Assembly: GCF_000742835.1 (NCBI RefSeq)
Contig: NZ_CP008941.1
Span: 1,757,690 to 1,789,689 of the forward strand
Direction: 5' to 3'
Source: Candidatus Odyssella acanthamoebae
Lineage (GTDB): Bacteria; Pseudomonadota; Alphaproteobacteria; Paracaedibacterales; Paracaedibacteraceae
DNA: 32,000 bases
Position 1 is the first letter of the stretch, and the number at the start of each line of letters is the position of its first letter. The translations under genes were made by a program, and so were the position numbers. Below the pieces are notes generated by a model that saw only the letters and a list, made by a program, of their open reading frames with translations, searched no databases and was not told the DNA's origin. Below, in pieces: positions 5,789 through 16,490 of the stretch.

Positions 5789-5857
5789 ACAAATCTCTTT
5801 ACCATTCAATCGAATAAAGTAATGAGTTATAATTTTGATTTTAAAGTACTCAAACAT

Positions 5858-5888
5858 AAAAAAGGGCGATAGTATATCGCCCTTTTTA
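5858..5888 (-). terminator. Bidirectional Rho-independent terminator ending the ribosomal/rpoA-rplQ transcription unit.
   Basis: On the minus strand, GGGCGATA-TAC-TATCGCCC forms an 8-bp GC-rich stem with a 3-nt loop (5864-5882) followed by TTTTTT. It lies about 25 nt downstream of the rplQ stop. On the plus strand the same stem is followed by TTTTT. Confidence 0.85.
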
Positions 5889-5907
5889 AATACTATCTTT
5901 AAGGATA

Positions 5908-6270
5908 TTATTTTGCTTGATCAACAAACTCAATAACAGCCATTGGAGCGTTGTCACCATAACGGAAACCGTGCTTCATAATGCGCGTATAGCCACCCTG
6001 ACGACCTGCAAAACGGCCAGCAAGTTCGTTGGCTAACTTTGCCGCATGGGATTCACTCCGAAGTCGTGATGCCAAGATACGACGTGAATGTAGATCACCT
6101 TTCTTCGCAATAGTAATCAATTTTTCGATTACCGGACGAAGATCTTTTGCCTTAGGCAAAGTTGTTACAATTTGTTCACGTTCAATCAAAGCTTGGCAAA
6201 GGTTTGCAAACATTGCTTTTCTGTGAGAACTTGTTCTATTAAATTTACGACCACTTATACCGTGTCTCAT
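5908..6270 (-). CDS. rplQ: 50S ribosomal protein L17
   Basis: 120 aa. [24 protein letters not shown] is the canonical L17 N-terminus. It is the last gene after rpoA. Confidence 0.97.
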   Translation of the reverse strand: MRHGISGRKFNRTSSHRKAMFANLCQALIEREQIVTTLPKAKDLRPVIEKLITIAKKGDLHSRRILASRLRSESHAAKLANELAGRFAGRQGGYTRIMKHGFRYGDNAPMAVIEFVDQAK

Positions 6271-6288
6271 TTTTTACTCCAAAAATTC

Positions 6289-7308
6289 TTAATTAAAAGG
6301 ATCTTCTAATTTCTTTGTTAGCTCTTCGATATTTTCTGGTGGCCAATTAGGAATAATCATTCCTAATGTTAATCCCATAGTTTCAAGAACTTCACGTATT
6401 TCATTCAAAGACTTACGCCCAAAGTTAGGTGTCCGCAACATTTCATGCTCTGACTTTTGAACAAGATCACCAATATAGATGATATTTTCATTCTTGAGGC
6501 AGTTTGCTGACCGTACTGACAATTCTAACTCATCTACTTTTCTCAAAAGATTTGGATTGAATGGTAATTCAATTTTACTTTCTTTTTTATCAGCTGCCTT
6601 AGGCTCATCAAAATTGATAAAGCTATGCAGTTGATCTTGCATAATTCTAGCCGCTAAAGCGATAGCATCATCTGGCTTCAAGGATCCATCTGTGCTGATG
6701 TTCAAGATGAGCTTATCAAAGTCAGTTCTTTGCCCTACACGTGTAGGTTCAATTTTATAGCTTACCCGCTTTACTGGACTAAAGATTGCATCAATTGGAA
6801 TTAATCCAATTGGCTTATCATCATGAGAAATGCTGTTTGCTGGAATATAACCTTTACCAGATTCAACAGTCATTTCCATTGAAAGCTTTGCACCTTCGTC
6901 TAAATGGCAGATAATAATGTCTTGATCAAGAATTTCAATTCCCGTAGGACACTCGATCTGACGCGCATAAACAGGCCCTTTACTGCTGGCAACAAGCTTA
7001 ACTTTCTTAACGCCCTCAACTGTGCTACGAACACCAATCGTCTTAAGGTTAAGAATAATATCTGTTACATCTTCCATCACGCCAGGAATTGTAGAGAACT
7101 CGTGAAGAACACCCTCAATCTTAACAGATGTGAACGCAGCCCCTTGTAGCGATGACAAAAGAATGCGACGCAATGCGTTTCCTAAAGTTAGGCCGTACCC
7201 TCTTTCAAGAGGCTCAACAACGACATCAGCATGACGTAAATCAGGACTGCTGTATTTTACATCTAACTTATTCGGCTTAATTAACGCTTCCCAATTGTTT
7301 TGAAGCAC
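6289..7308 (-). CDS. rpoA: DNA-directed RNA polymerase subunit alpha
   Basis: 339 aa. It has an N-terminal assembly domain and a C-terminal domain ([22 protein letters not shown]). It sits in the conserved position between rpsK and rplQ. Confidence 0.97.
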   Translation of the reverse strand: MLQNNWEALIKPNKLDVKYSSPDLRHADVVVEPLERGYGLTLGNALRRILLSSLQGAAFTSVKIEGVLHEFSTIPGVMEDVTDIILNLKTIGVRSTVEGVKKVKLVASSKGPVYARQIECPTGIEILDQDIIICHLDEGAKLSMEMTVESGKGYIPANSISHDDKPIGLIPIDAIFSPVKRVSYKIEPTRVGQRTDFDKLILNISTDGSLKPDDAIALAARIMQDQLHSFINFDEPKAADKKESKIELPFNPNLLRKVDELELSVRSANCLKNENIIYIGDLVQKSEHEMLRTPNFGRKSLNEIREVLETMGLTLGMIIPNWPPENIEELTKKLEDPFN

Positions 7309-7340
7309 TGGAATTCCCCACTAATTCTAATTAACAACAA

Positions 7341-7733
7341 TTACACGCGACGACGCTTTGGCGCTCGGCATCCGTTATGTGGAATAGGTGTTACATCCTT
7401 AATTGACGTTACTTTGAAACCAGCCGCCTGCAATGCACGCAAGGCTGTTTCACGACCTGATCCAGGTCCCTTAACAAAAACAGAAATATCCTTTACACCA
7501 TGTTCTGCTGCTTTCTTTGCTGCTTCATCTGCCGCAATTTGAGCCGCATAAGGTGTAGACTTACGAGAGCCTTTAAAGCCCATCGCACCAGCTGTGGACC
7601 ATGAAATCGCGTTTCCTTTTTCGTCTGTAATTGTAACGATCGTGTTATTAAATGTTGCATTAATATGCGCCTGGGCGCTTACAACATTCTTTTTTTCACG
7701 ACGCTTTACGCGCGATGTATTCTTTTGTGCCAT
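7341..7733 (-). CDS. rpsK: 30S ribosomal protein S11
   Basis: 130 aa. The motifs [16 protein letters not shown] and [14 protein letters not shown] are typical of S11. Confidence 0.97.
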   Translation of the reverse strand: MAQKNTSRVKRREKKNVVSAQAHINATFNNTIVTITDEKGNAISWSTAGAMGFKGSRKSTPYAAQIAADEAAKKAAEHGVKDISVFVKGPGSGRETALRALQAAGFKVTSIKDVTPIPHNGCRAPKRRRV

Positions 7734-7747
7734 TATCTACTCACTAC

Positions 7748-8125
7748 TTACTTCTTAGCAATCTTTTTACCAGCAATCGGAACTGCTTTACCCTTACGTG
7801 TACGTGCATTAGTATGCGTCCGTTGACCACGAACGGGAAGCCCCTTACGATGGCGCAAACCACGATAGCAACCTAAGTCCATTAAACGTTTAATGTTCAT
7901 TGAAACTTCTCGACGAAGATCACCTTCAACAAGATAGTCAGCGTCAATAATTTCACGAATACGCAAGACTTCTTGATCTGATAACTCGTTAACGCGCTTT
8001 GATTCATCAACGCCTAACTTGGCTACAATTTCTTTAGCCTTAATTTTTCCAATACCATAAATATACGTAAGCGCAATAATAACTCGCTTTTGTGTTGGTA
8101 TGTTTACACCAGCAATACGTGCCAC
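7748..8125 (-). CDS. rpsM: 30S ribosomal protein S13
   Basis: 125 aa. [26 protein letters not shown] is the canonical S13 N-terminus. Confidence 0.97.
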   Translation of the reverse strand: MARIAGVNIPTQKRVIIALTYIYGIGKIKAKEIVAKLGVDESKRVNELSDQEVLRIREIIDADYLVEGDLRREVSMNIKRLMDLGCYRGLRHRKGLPVRGQRTHTNARTRKGKAVPIAGKKIAKK

Positions 8126-8138
8126 TGCCTAGTTCTCC

Positions 8139-8798
8139 CTATATTATAAAACCCGCCTGAGTCAGACAACTTTTTAAATCATTATTTACTGACACAGGAT
8201 CTTTTGATGCATCAAGATCTTTCACTAAACCTTTTTGCCTATAATAATCACAAACGGCCTGGGTTTGATCTAAATACGTTCTTACCCTATTCTTAAGAAC
8301 ATCCGGCTGATCATCAGTGCGGCGAACAAATTCTAAACCACCACAACGATCACACGCGCCATCCTTAAGCGGACGCTTATTTGTGTCGTGATAAACTGCA
8401 CCACATTCCTTGCAGGAATATCGCCCAGAGATACGCTCAATCAATTGACTGAGATCCACATTTAGATTGACAACAAGACCAACATTTTCTCTTTTTACAC
8501 TAAGAAGGGTATTAAATGCAAGCACTTGATTCATTGTTCTGGGAAAACCATCACAAATAATTTGCTCACCTTCATGTAGATCAAGTTGTTTCTCAATTAA
8601 ACTCATGATAATATCATCGCTCGGAAATTCTCCGTGCGACATAATATCCTTTACAATGCCCCCAATTTCAGTACCTTCTGCAACTTCATTACGCAGAAGA
8701 TCACCTGTAGAAATATGAACAAAATGCCCACTATTCCGAAGCAAATCTGATTGAGTTCCTTTTCCCGACCCTGGCGGCCCAAATAAAACCAGTATCAT
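8139..8798 (-). CDS. adk: Adenylate kinase with a Cys4 lid
   Basis: 219 aa. It has the P-loop GPPGSGKGT and lid motifs CKEC...CDRC. It lies between secY and rpsM, and its start overlaps the secY stop (TAATG). Confidence 0.95.
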   Translation of the reverse strand: MILVLFGPPGSGKGTQSDLLRNSGHFVHISTGDLLRNEVAEGTEIGGIVKDIMSHGEFPSDDIIMSLIEKQLDLHEGEQIICDGFPRTMNQVLAFNTLLSVKRENVGLVVNLNVDLSQLIERISGRYSCKECGAVYHDTNKRPLKDGACDRCGGLEFVRRTDDQPDVLKNRVRTYLDQTQAVCDYYRQKGLVKDLDASKDPVSVNNDLKSCLTQAGFII

Positions 8799-10144
8799 TA
8801 TAGCTTACCTTTAAGTTTAGCTTTCTTAATAAGCCCTTCATATTGGTGAGCAACCAAGTGGGATTGCATTTGACTAATTGTGTCGATAGTTACACTCACA
8901 ACGATTAAGATACTCGTTCCTCCAAAATAAAACGGTAATGCTACTTTAGATAAAACAAGTTCAGGCAATAAACAAATTGATGCTAAATACAATGCCCCAA
9001 TAACTGTCAACCGTGTCAAAATGTAATCGATATAATCAGCAGTCGCTTTACCAGGTCGGATGCCTGGAATAAAACTTCCCATCTTTCTTAAGTTTTCAGC
9101 AGTCTCAGTTGGGTTGAAAACAATTGCTGTATAAAAGAAAGCAAAGAAAATAATTAAAGCAGTCGAACATAGCATATAAAGTGGCTTACCGTGCGCCATG
9201 TATGTGGAAATCATTCCCATGATTGAATCCGGATCCATTGTCCCCGAAAAACCAGCAATAGTTGCCGGGAACAGCAATAAAGAGTTCGCAAAAATAGGAG
9301 GAATAACGCCAGAGCTATTCAACTTCAATGGCAAATGGCTTGTTTGTGCAGTAGCAGGTCGATCGGCAGCTACTTGTCGTTTAGGATACTGGATTAGGAT
9401 CCGACGCTGAGCCTTTTCCATAAAGACCACATAAGCGATAACAGCAGCAACCATTGCCAAAATCAAGAAAAGAACCCAAGTCTTGATTGCTCCTTGTTCT
9501 GCTGCCACAAAGGTTTTGTAAAAAGACTGAGGAAGGTTAGCAACAATACCTGAATAAATAATAAGGGATGTCCCATTTCCTAATCCACGACTTGTGATCT
9601 GTTCCCCCAACCACATGATAAATAAGGTACCACCAGTGAGTGTAACAATAGTCGAAAACTTGAACAAAAAACCTGGATTCAAGACAGCAGATCCTACACC
9701 AACGGTCATCTTCTCTAAGCCAACAGCAATACCAAATGCTTGAATTGATGCCAGCAAAACAGTACCATATCGTGTATATTGGTTTAATTTTTTGCGACCA
9801 GACTCCCCTTCCTTTTTCAGGGCTTCCAAGTGAGGCGAGACTGACGTCATGAGCTGAACAATAATGCTCGCAGATATATAGGGCATGATGTTCAGTGCAA
9901 ATATGGTCATACGGCTGATTGCGCCGCCTGAGAACATATCTAAAATTCCAAAAATGCCACCAGAGTTCGCAGCTGCAAACTCTTGGATAACAGTTGGGTT
10001 AATTCCTGGTAAAGGAATATAGGTACCAAATCGATAAACGATCAGTGCTAACAATGTAAAATAAATTCGCTTTTTTAGATCGTCTGCTTTAGAAAAAGTA
10101 GATAAACTAAAACCTGAAGCGAGTTGTTCAACAGCTGATGACAT
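8798..10144 (-). CDS. secY: Preprotein translocase subunit SecY
   Basis: 448 aa polytopic membrane protein. It has the conserved spc-operon position after rplO. Confidence 0.97.
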   Translation of the reverse strand: MSSAVEQLASGFSLSTFSKADDLKKRIYFTLLALIVYRFGTYIPLPGINPTVIQEFAAANSGGIFGILDMFSGGAISRMTIFALNIMPYISASIIVQLMTSVSPHLEALKKEGESGRKKLNQYTRYGTVLLASIQAFGIAVGLEKMTVGVGSAVLNPGFLFKFSTIVTLTGGTLFIMWLGEQITSRGLGNGTSLIIYSGIVANLPQSFYKTFVAAEQGAIKTWVLFLILAMVAAVIAYVVFMEKAQRRILIQYPKRQVAADRPATAQTSHLPLKLNSSGVIPPIFANSLLLFPATIAGFSGTMDPDSIMGMISTYMAHGKPLYMLCSTALIIFFAFFYTAIVFNPTETAENLRKMGSFIPGIRPGKATADYIDYILTRLTVIGALYLASICLLPELVLSKVALPFYFGGTSILIVVSVTIDTISQMQSHLVAHQYEGLIKKAKLKGKL

Positions 10145-10163
10145 TTGGTACCTTACCCCTTAA

Positions 10164-10625
10164 TTATGCAATTACAATCTTACCACCAAGTTTTTCAACT
10201 TGCGCAGATGCATTTTTTGTCGTCCGAGTCACTTCGAAAGAAACCTTCTCTTTAAGTATGCCTGTCGAAACTAATGAAACAGCATCATACCACTTCTTCA
10301 TGACCCCAGCTTGAATCAAAAAGTTGCGATCTACTGTATCACCAGCCTTAACCAATCCATTTGCCAATAAGACATTTACTTTATCGAAAGTTAATTCAAA
10401 ATACTTTGATGCATGAATATTGTTAAACCCACGCTTTGGCAGACGACGGTAGATAGGGTTTTGACCACCTTCAAATCCATTAATCGCCACACCTGACCGT
10501 GCTGTTTGACCTTTACCACCGCGACCACAAGTCTTACCTAGTCCGGAACCAATCCCTCGACCAACAATCCTGCGACGAGTGCGAGCACCTTTATTGTCTC
10601 TAATATCAATTAATCTAATAGTCAT
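10164..10625 (-). CDS. rplO: 50S ribosomal protein L15
   Basis: 153 aa. It has the Gly/Arg-rich N-terminal region GRGIGSGLGKTCGRGGKGQ. Confidence 0.95.
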   Translation of the reverse strand: MTIRLIDIRDNKGARTRRRIVGRGIGSGLGKTCGRGGKGQTARSGVAINGFEGGQNPIYRRLPKRGFNNIHASKYFELTFDKVNVLLANGLVKAGDTVDRNFLIQAGVMKKWYDAVSLVSTGILKEKVSFEVTRTTKNASAQVEKLGGKIVIA

Positions 10626-10636
10626 TGCTCTAAACC

Positions 10637-10837
10637 TTACTCTACGACTGTAACCATATGTTGCAGACGCGTAATCAACCCACGAACTGCTGGTGTATCT
10701 TGAAGTTCCCGAACGCGGTTAATTTTTCCGAGTCCGAGTGATTTCAAGTACAATCTCTGGATGCCATCACGGCGAATTGGACTACCAATTTGCTTAACTT
10801 TAATAGTACCAGCTGTTTCTTTTTTCTTACCAGCCAT
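10637..10837 (-). CDS. rpmD: 50S ribosomal protein L30
   Basis: 66 aa. The call rests on IKVKQIGSPIRRDGIQRLYLKSLGLGKINRVREL and on synteny between rpsE and rplO. Confidence 0.93.
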   Translation of the reverse strand: MAGKKKETAGTIKVKQIGSPIRRDGIQRLYLKSLGLGKINRVRELQDTPAVRGLITRLQHMVTVVE

Positions 10838-10839
10838 TA

Positions 10840-11385
10840 TTATCTCCTTGCCATGGACGCATCGCGACGAGCGACGATCTCAGGAATTTTACGACCGAGC
10901 TTTGTAGCCACATCACGCGGTGAAGAGACATTAACCAAAGCATCAAATGTCGCACGAACAACGTTGTAGTAGTTAGAGGTGCCAACAGACTTGCTGACAA
11001 CGTCTTGAATACCAACGGATTCAAAAACTGCGCGCATTGGCCCACCAGCAATGATACCTGTACCAGCAGGTGCTGCACGAAGGTAAACACGACCTGCTCC
11101 GAAGTGTCCCGTCAAATCATGATGAATTGTACGGCCTTCACGTAAGGGGACGCGAATCATGGAGCGACGAGCTTGTTCAGAGGCTTTCCGAACTGCGTCT
11201 GGAACTTCTCTGGCTTTACCAGAGCCAAATCCAACGCGTCCTTTACCATCACCAATAACGACAAGAGCTGTGAAGCGTAGGTTTTTACCACCTTTAACAA
11301 CTTTTGTAACCCGACGAACGCTAACGAGCTTTTCAATAAATTCAACTTCTTCGCGCTGTTTTTCTGTATTTGTATTTTTAGCCAT
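10840..11385 (-). CDS. rpsE: 30S ribosomal protein S5
   Basis: 181 aa. [32 protein letters not shown] is the S5 signature. Confidence 0.97.
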   Translation of the reverse strand: MAKNTNTEKQREEVEFIEKLVSVRRVTKVVKGGKNLRFTALVVIGDGKGRVGFGSGKAREVPDAVRKASEQARRSMIRVPLREGRTIHHDLTGHFGAGRVYLRAAPAGTGIIAGGPMRAVFESVGIQDVVSKSVGTSNYYNVVRATFDALVNVSSPRDVATKLGRKIPEIVARRDASMARR

Positions 11386-11394
11386 GACCCTACC

Positions 11395-11754
11395 CTAAAA
11401 GCTCAAACCAGATTCGCGAGCCGCATCGGCAATTGCCTTAATACGACCATGGAATTTATAGCCTGAGCGATCAAAAACCACTTCTTTAATTCCTGCTTTC
11501 GTTGCGCGTTCGGCAATCAGCTTTCCAACTAATTTAGCTGCCTCAACATTCGAACTGCTCTTAAGATCTGCTTTTGCTGCAGACTCAAGAGTAGAGGCTG
11601 ATGCCACAGTAACGGACTTAACGTCATCAATTACTTGAACGTACAAATATTTATTTGTGCGATGCACTGTAAGTCTTGGTTTTCCAGAACTTACCTTACG
11701 CAATTTAGAACGAATACGTTCTTTGCGTCGCGTATGTAGATCTACTTTAGCCAT
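11395..11754 (-). CDS. rplR: 50S ribosomal protein L18
   Basis: 119 aa. The call rests on [18 protein letters not shown] and the C-terminal [26 protein letters not shown]. Confidence 0.96.
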   Translation of the reverse strand: MAKVDLHTRRKERIRSKLRKVSSGKPRLTVHRTNKYLYVQVIDDVKSVTVASASTLESAAKADLKSSSNVEAAKLVGKLIAERATKAGIKEVVFDRSGYKFHGRIKAIADAARESGLSF

Positions 11755-11756
11755 TG

Positions 11757-12290
11757 CTACTTCTTCTTACCTTCTTTTCTAAGAACAAATTCGCCATTCC
11801 GAATAATACCTTTACCTTTATAAGGCTCTGGTCGCCGGTAGGCGCGAATTTCTGCTGCAACCTGCCCTACTAACTGACGATCGAAACCGCTAATCGTTAG
11901 GGATGTTGGCTTGTCAGACTTTGCAGTAATCCCTGCAGGCAGATCATAAACTATGTCATGACTAAAACCTAATTGCAAGTTAACTTTATTCCCCTGAACG
12001 TTTGCACGATATCCAACGCCGATTAATTCTAGATTAACGTCAACGCCATTTGTTACATCACTAACCATGTTAGCAACGCGGCGTTGAACTGTCCCCCAGT
12101 TAATACGAGCTGTTTTTGAGTCGTTCGCAGGTTGAACCTGAACAACACCATCTTGATTCGTTACTGTAACCACATCAAGATATTTCATAGAAAGCTTACC
12201 AAGCTTGCCGGATACCTCTACTGTATTATTGGCAATAGCTACGTTTACTCCTGCGGGCAATTTAATTGGTGTTTTACCTACACGTGACAT
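11757..12290 (-). CDS. rplF: 50S ribosomal protein L6
   Basis: 177 aa. The call rests on the N-terminus [17 protein letters not shown] and the motif PEPYKGKGI. Confidence 0.96.
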   Translation of the reverse strand: MSRVGKTPIKLPAGVNVAIANNTVEVSGKLGKLSMKYLDVVTVTNQDGVVQVQPANDSKTARINWGTVQRRVANMVSDVTNGVDVNLELIGVGYRANVQGNKVNLQLGFSHDIVYDLPAGITAKSDKPTSLTISGFDRQLVGQVAAEIRAYRRPEPYKGKGIIRNGEFVLRKEGKKK

Positions 12291-12303
12291 TGATGGCTAC
12301 TCC

Positions 12304-12702
12304 TTAATAAACTTTGCAAAGAACTTCGCCGCCGATGCCTTGCTCTTTTGCTTCAACATCGGTCATAACACCTTTGGGAGTTGAAACAATATAAATACCA
12401 AGACCGCTCATGAAAGCACCCAAATCCTTAGATGGAGAGTAAACTCTCAATCCTGGTTTAGAAACTCGCTGAATAATCTCGATAACGGGCAAGCCGTCGT
12501 GATACTTAAGCTCTATATCTATATTTTCGATACCAGCACGAACTTGTTCTGTACTGTAGCCACGAATGTAGCCTTCTTTTTGAAGGACATCCAAAACTGC
12601 TCTTCTTGCTTTTGAATTAGGAGACTTAACAGATGATTTACCTGCTCGTTGACCATTGCGGATGCGAGTCAACATATCTCCAATTGGATCATTTACAATC
12701 AT
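12304..12702 (-). CDS. rpsH: 30S ribosomal protein S8
   Basis: 132 aa. The call rests on DPIGDMLTRIRNGQRA and the C-terminal GGEVLCKVY. Confidence 0.96.
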   Translation of the reverse strand: MIVNDPIGDMLTRIRNGQRAGKSSVKSPNSKARRAVLDVLQKEGYIRGYSTEQVRAGIENIDIELKYHDGLPVIEIIQRVSKPGLRVYSPSKDLGAFMSGLGIYIVSTPKGVMTDVEAKEQGIGGEVLCKVY

Positions 12703-12706
12703 AATA

Positions 12707-13012
12707 TTACCAACTTGACTTAGTTAAACCTGGAATTAACCCAAGAGAACCCAACTCACGAAGGGCAATTCTTGACATTCTAAACTTGCGATAAAAAGCT
12801 CTCGGACGACCTGTAACTTCACAACGATTGCGGAAGCGGATCTTGGAGCTATTGCGGGGCAATTCAGATAACTTTATTGTTGCTTGAATTCTCTCATCCA
12901 AAGAAACTTCCTTATTGGAAATAATTTCCTTTAGTTTCTCACGGCGAGCTGCAAACTTTTGCGCCATCTTCTGACGGCGGTTGTTTGTATTTATTGAACT
13001 TAAACGTGCCAT
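12707..13012 (-). CDS. rpsN: 30S ribosomal protein S14 (long, non-zinc form)
   Basis: 101 aa. C-terminal RNRCEVTGRPRAFYRKFRMSRIALRELGSLGLIPGLTKSSW. Confidence 0.96.
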   Translation of the reverse strand: MARLSSINTNNRRQKMAQKFAARREKLKEIISNKEVSLDERIQATIKLSELPRNSSKIRFRNRCEVTGRPRAFYRKFRMSRIALRELGSLGLIPGLTKSSW

Positions 13013-13023
13013 TGTTTCTACCC

Positions 13024-13572
13024 TTAGTTATAGAACGGGACATTAAGCTCTTTCAATAGAGCCTTTGCCTCTTTGTCTGTCTTAGCTGTTGTACAAACAA
13101 TTATATCCATACCACGAACTTTATCAACCTTATCATAGTTAATTTCAGGAAAAATAATTTGTTCTTTGACACCCAAGGCATAGTTACCTTTTCCATCAAA
13201 GCTTTTCCCAGAGACACCGCGGAAGTCCCGGACCCGGGGAAGAGCAATTGTAACCAATCGATCAAAGAACTCATACATTCTATCACGACGCAAAGTCACC
13301 TTTGCTCCAATAGCCATTCCTTCACGAAGTTTGAAGCCAGCTATTGATTTCTTAGCCCGAGTAATAACAGGCTTTTGACCTGTAATTGCTGTCAATTCAT
13401 CAACTGCCGCTTGAAGTTTTTTACTATCTTGAGCTGCTTCGCCGATACACATATTGACGACGATCTTTTCAAGCTTTGGAACTTGGTGAAGATTTTTGTA
13501 ATCAAAGTCTTTCATCAGCTTTGATACAATTTTATCTTTATATTCTTTATAAAGGCGTGTCATAACTGCCAT
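13024..13572 (-). CDS. rplE: 50S ribosomal protein L5
   Basis: 182 aa, with an alternative start at Met4. The call rests on [20 protein letters not shown] and [28 protein letters not shown]. Confidence 0.95.
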   Translation of the reverse strand: MAVMTRLYKEYKDKIVSKLMKDFDYKNLHQVPKLEKIVVNMCIGEAAQDSKKLQAAVDELTAITGQKPVITRAKKSIAGFKLREGMAIGAKVTLRRDRMYEFFDRLVTIALPRVRDFRGVSGKSFDGKGNYALGVKEQIIFPEINYDKVDKVRGMDIIVCTTAKTDKEAKALLKELNVPFYN

Positions 13573-13576
13573 TACC

Positions 13577-13897
13577 TCATATTATTTCGCCGCTTTTTTT
13601 AGCAAAGCGAACTTTTGAACCATCCTTCTGAATCTTAAAACCAACCTTAGACGGTTGTTCTGTTTTAGGATCTAGCAATGCGACATTGGAAACATGGATT
13701 TTAGATTCCTTTTGTTCGATTCCCCCTGCACTGTATTGAGTTGGCTTAACATGTTTTTTAACAACATTTACCCCTTCAACAATAAGAGCAGAATCTTCCT
13801 TGAGAACCTTTAATACAGTTCCAATTTTTCCCTTATCCCGACCTGTACGAACGATAACTTTATCGCCCTTTTTAACTTTTAATTTTACTGCAGTCAT
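13577..13897 (-). CDS. rplX: 50S ribosomal protein L24
   Basis: 106 aa. It has the KOW motif [24 protein letters not shown]. Its start overlaps the rplN stop by 1 nt. Confidence 0.95.
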   Translation of the reverse strand: MTAVKLKVKKGDKVIVRTGRDKGKIGTVLKVLKEDSALIVEGVNVVKKHVKPTQYSAGGIEQKESKIHVSNVALLDPKTEQPSKVGFKIQKDGSKVRFAKKSGEII

Positions 13898-14265
13898 TAG
13901 AGCACCTCTGGCGCCAAGGAAATAATTTTCATATATCCCTGGTTTCTTAATTCACGTGTTACTGGGCCAAAAATACGTGTTCCGATCGGCTCATTCTGTT
14001 TATTAATGAGCACTGCAGCGTTTGTATCAAAACTAATTTCGCTACCGTCAGCACGCTTAATACACTGTTTTGTACGAACAATAACAGCTTTATGGACATC
14101 ACCCTTTTTCACTTTACCTTTAGGCAAAGCGTCTTTGATGGAAACGACAATAATGTCACCCACAGACGCATAGCGTCTTTTTGAGCCTCCAAGAACTTTA
14201 ATGCATTGAACTTGCTTTGCACCAGAGTTATCAGCTACTTCCAATCTTGTTTCAGTTTGAATCAT
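13897..14265 (-). CDS. rplN: 50S ribosomal protein L14
   Basis: 122 aa. [17 protein letters not shown] is the canonical L14 N-terminus. Confidence 0.97.
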   Translation of the reverse strand: MIQTETRLEVADNSGAKQVQCIKVLGGSKRRYASVGDIIVVSIKDALPKGKVKKGDVHKAVIVRTKQCIKRADGSEISFDTNAAVLINKQNEPIGTRIFGPVTRELRNQGYMKIISLAPEVL

Positions 14266-14275
14266 TGCCTACTCC

Positions 14276-14521
14276 TTATGCACTAGCTTGATCAGTGTAA
14301 AGAACTTGCCATCTTTTTGATTTTGAGAATGGACGACTTTCTTCGATCCGAATCTTATCACCAATCTTATAGATGTTCTTTTCATCATGGGCCGCATACT
14401 TTGCTGATCGCATAATATACTTTTTATATACTGGATGTTTTACTCGCTTTTCAACCCGAACAACAACAGTCTTATCATTCGCATCGCTTACAACAACACC
14501 TTCGAAAATTCTACGTGGCAT
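14276..14521 (-). CDS. rpsQ: 30S ribosomal protein S17
   Basis: 81 aa. The call rests on [28 protein letters not shown]. Confidence 0.95.
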   Translation of the reverse strand: MPRRIFEGVVVSDANDKTVVVRVEKRVKHPVYKKYIMRSAKYAAHDEKNIYKIGDKIRIEESRPFSKSKRWQVLYTDQASA

Positions 14522-14529
14522 TTTTACCT

Positions 14530-14721
14530 CTACTTCACTTTTTTCTGAGCAAGGTGCATCATAATACGAGCAACGTCCCGACGATTCTTTCTAATAACAG
14601 AAGAATTCGTCAACTGACCCATACTCTTTTGGATGCGGAGACCTAGAAGCTCTTTTTTAGTTGACTGAAGTGAATCATACAATTCACTTACTGATTTATT
14701 ATTAAAATCTTGTTTTTTCAT
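14530..14721 (-). CDS. rpmC: 50S ribosomal protein L29
   Basis: 63 aa. The call rests on [30 protein letters not shown] and on synteny between rplP and rpsQ. Confidence 0.92.
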   Translation of the reverse strand: MKKQDFNNKSVSELYDSLQSTKKELLGLRIQKSMGQLTNSSVIRKNRRDVARIMMHLAQKKVK

Positions 14722-14729
14722 GATATACC

Positions 14730-15140
14730 TCAGCCAATTCTTCTAACAAAACGTGTTGCAATTGGTAATTTCGCAGAAGCGAGCTCAAAAGCCTTTTCAG
14801 CCACTTCGGGCAAGACTCCATCAAGTTCAAACAAAATTTTTCCAGGCTTCACGCGGCAAACCCAGTATTCAGGACTTCCTTTACCACTACCCATACGGAC
14901 TTCGGCAGGCTTTGTTGAAACTGGAACATCAGGAAATACACGGATCCATACTTTACCAACACGACGGATGTGACGTGTGATTGCACGACGTGCAGACTCA
15001 ATTTGACGGGCAGTCATACGGCAAGGCTCCATAGCCTTTAATCCATATGATCCGTAAGCTACATCTGTTCCTGCCTTGGCGTTTCCATGGATTCTTCCTT
15101 TAAACGCCTTACGATATTTAGTTCTTTTTGGAGACAACAT
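14730..15140 (-). CDS. rplP: 50S ribosomal protein L16
   Basis: 136 aa. [19 protein letters not shown] is the canonical L16 N-terminus. Confidence 0.97.
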   Translation of the reverse strand: MLSPKRTKYRKAFKGRIHGNAKAGTDVAYGSYGLKAMEPCRMTARQIESARRAITRHIRRVGKVWIRVFPDVPVSTKPAEVRMGSGKGSPEYWVCRVKPGKILFELDGVLPEVAEKAFELASAKLPIATRFVRRIG

Positions 15141-15166
15141 CTCACTATTCCTCTATCTATTATATC

Positions 15167-15844
15167 TTATCGACCAGCAGGAGCTTCAGAAGCTTTTGCT
15201 TCTAACAAGTATGGATTCTTTTCCAGAATCTCGCCCTTGTAGACCCAAACTTTAATACCAATGATACCATAAGTTGTTTTGGCTTCTCTCAATGCATAAT
15301 CCACATCAGAGCGAAGAGTATGCAACGGCACCCGACCTTCACGATACCATTCCATACGAGCAATTTCTGCACCACCTAGGCGGCCGGAACAATTAACTCG
15401 AATCCCCTGGGCTCCCAATCGAAGAGCAGACTGCATTGCACGCTTCATAGCACGACGGAATGAAACACGACGTTCAATTTGTTGAGCAATATTCTCAGCA
15501 ATCAACTTAGCGTCGATTTCTGGTTTACGAACTTCAACCAAGTTAACAGTAACATCTGTGTTGGCGATATCACTTAGCTTCTTCCGAAGCTTATCAATAT
15601 CAGCCCCCTTTTTTCCAATTAATACCCCTGGACGGGCAGTATGAATTGTCAAACGCGCTTTTTTGGCGAGTCGTTCGATAACGACTTTTGCGATTCCGGC
15701 TTGGGCCAAATTTTTCTGAATAAATTGGCGAATTTCCAAATCTTGGTGCAAGTTTGTTGCATAATCTTTTTTGGCAAACCAACGGGAATCCCAAAGTTTA
15801 TTGATTCCAAGGCGCAAGCCAATTGGATTTACTTTTTGTCCCAT
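15167..15844 (-). CDS. rpsC: 30S ribosomal protein S3
   Basis: 225 aa. [24 protein letters not shown] is the canonical S3 N-terminus, and a KH domain is present. Confidence 0.97.
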   Translation of the reverse strand: MGQKVNPIGLRLGINKLWDSRWFAKKDYATNLHQDLEIRQFIQKNLAQAGIAKVVIERLAKKARLTIHTARPGVLIGKKGADIDKLRKKLSDIANTDVTVNLVEVRKPEIDAKLIAENIAQQIERRVSFRRAMKRAMQSALRLGAQGIRVNCSGRLGGAEIARMEWYREGRVPLHTLRSDVDYALREAKTTYGIIGIKVWVYKGEILEKNPYLLEAKASEAPAGR

Positions 15845-15846
15845 GA

Positions 15847-16194
15847 TTAAACCTCTTTCTCGGATACTTTAATTGTCAGATGGCTAAATGGCTTTTTGAT
15901 ACCAACGCCACGCCCTTTTGCTCGGGGGCTAAATCTTTTCAAAACGATGGATTGACCAACGCTTGCTTCGGTGACAACCAGTGTATCGATATCCAAACCA
16001 TGGTTTGTCTCAGCGTTAGCAATTGCTGACGCCAAAGTTTTACGTACATCAATGGCTATTCTTTTTGGACTGAATGCTAAAACATCCAAAGCCTTAGCGA
16101 CTTTCATTCCACGAATCATAGCTGCGACTAAATTTAGCTTGCGAGGACTTACACGGACATTACGCAAGATTGCTTTTGCTGTATTCTGTTCCAT
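15847..16194 (-). CDS. rplV: 50S ribosomal protein L22
   Basis: 115 aa. The call rests on [27 protein letters not shown]. Confidence 0.96.
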   Translation of the reverse strand: MEQNTAKAILRNVRVSPRKLNLVAAMIRGMKVAKALDVLAFSPKRIAIDVRKTLASAIANAETNHGLDIDTLVVTEASVGQSIVLKRFSPRAKGRGVGIKKPFSHLTIKVSEKEV

Positions 16195-16199
16195 GATAA

Positions 16200-16478
16200 T
16201 TAACCTCTTTTAGCTTTCTTGTCAGCGCCGTGGCCATAGAATGTGCGTGTCGGTGAAAATTCACCAAACTTATGACCAACCATGTTCTCTGTAACATAGA
16301 CAGGAACAAATTTCTTTCCATTGTGCACACCAAAAGTGAGCCCCACAAATTGTGGGAGAATGGTAGAACGGCGAGACCACGTTTTAATAACGTCTTTACG
16401 TCCAGAGTTTTGAACAGCTTCAGCTTTCTTAAGCAAGTAACCGTCAAAAAATGGACCCTTCCAAACTGATCTTGGCAC
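16200..16478 (-). CDS. rpsS: 30S ribosomal protein S19
   Basis: 92 aa. The call rests on [18 protein letters not shown] and [16 protein letters not shown]. Confidence 0.97.
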   Translation of the reverse strand: MPRSVWKGPFFDGYLLKKAEAVQNSGRKDVIKTWSRRSTILPQFVGLTFGVHNGKKFVPVYVTENMVGHKFGEFSPTRTFYGHGADKKAKRG

Positions 16479-16490
16479 GAGTAGTCTCCG

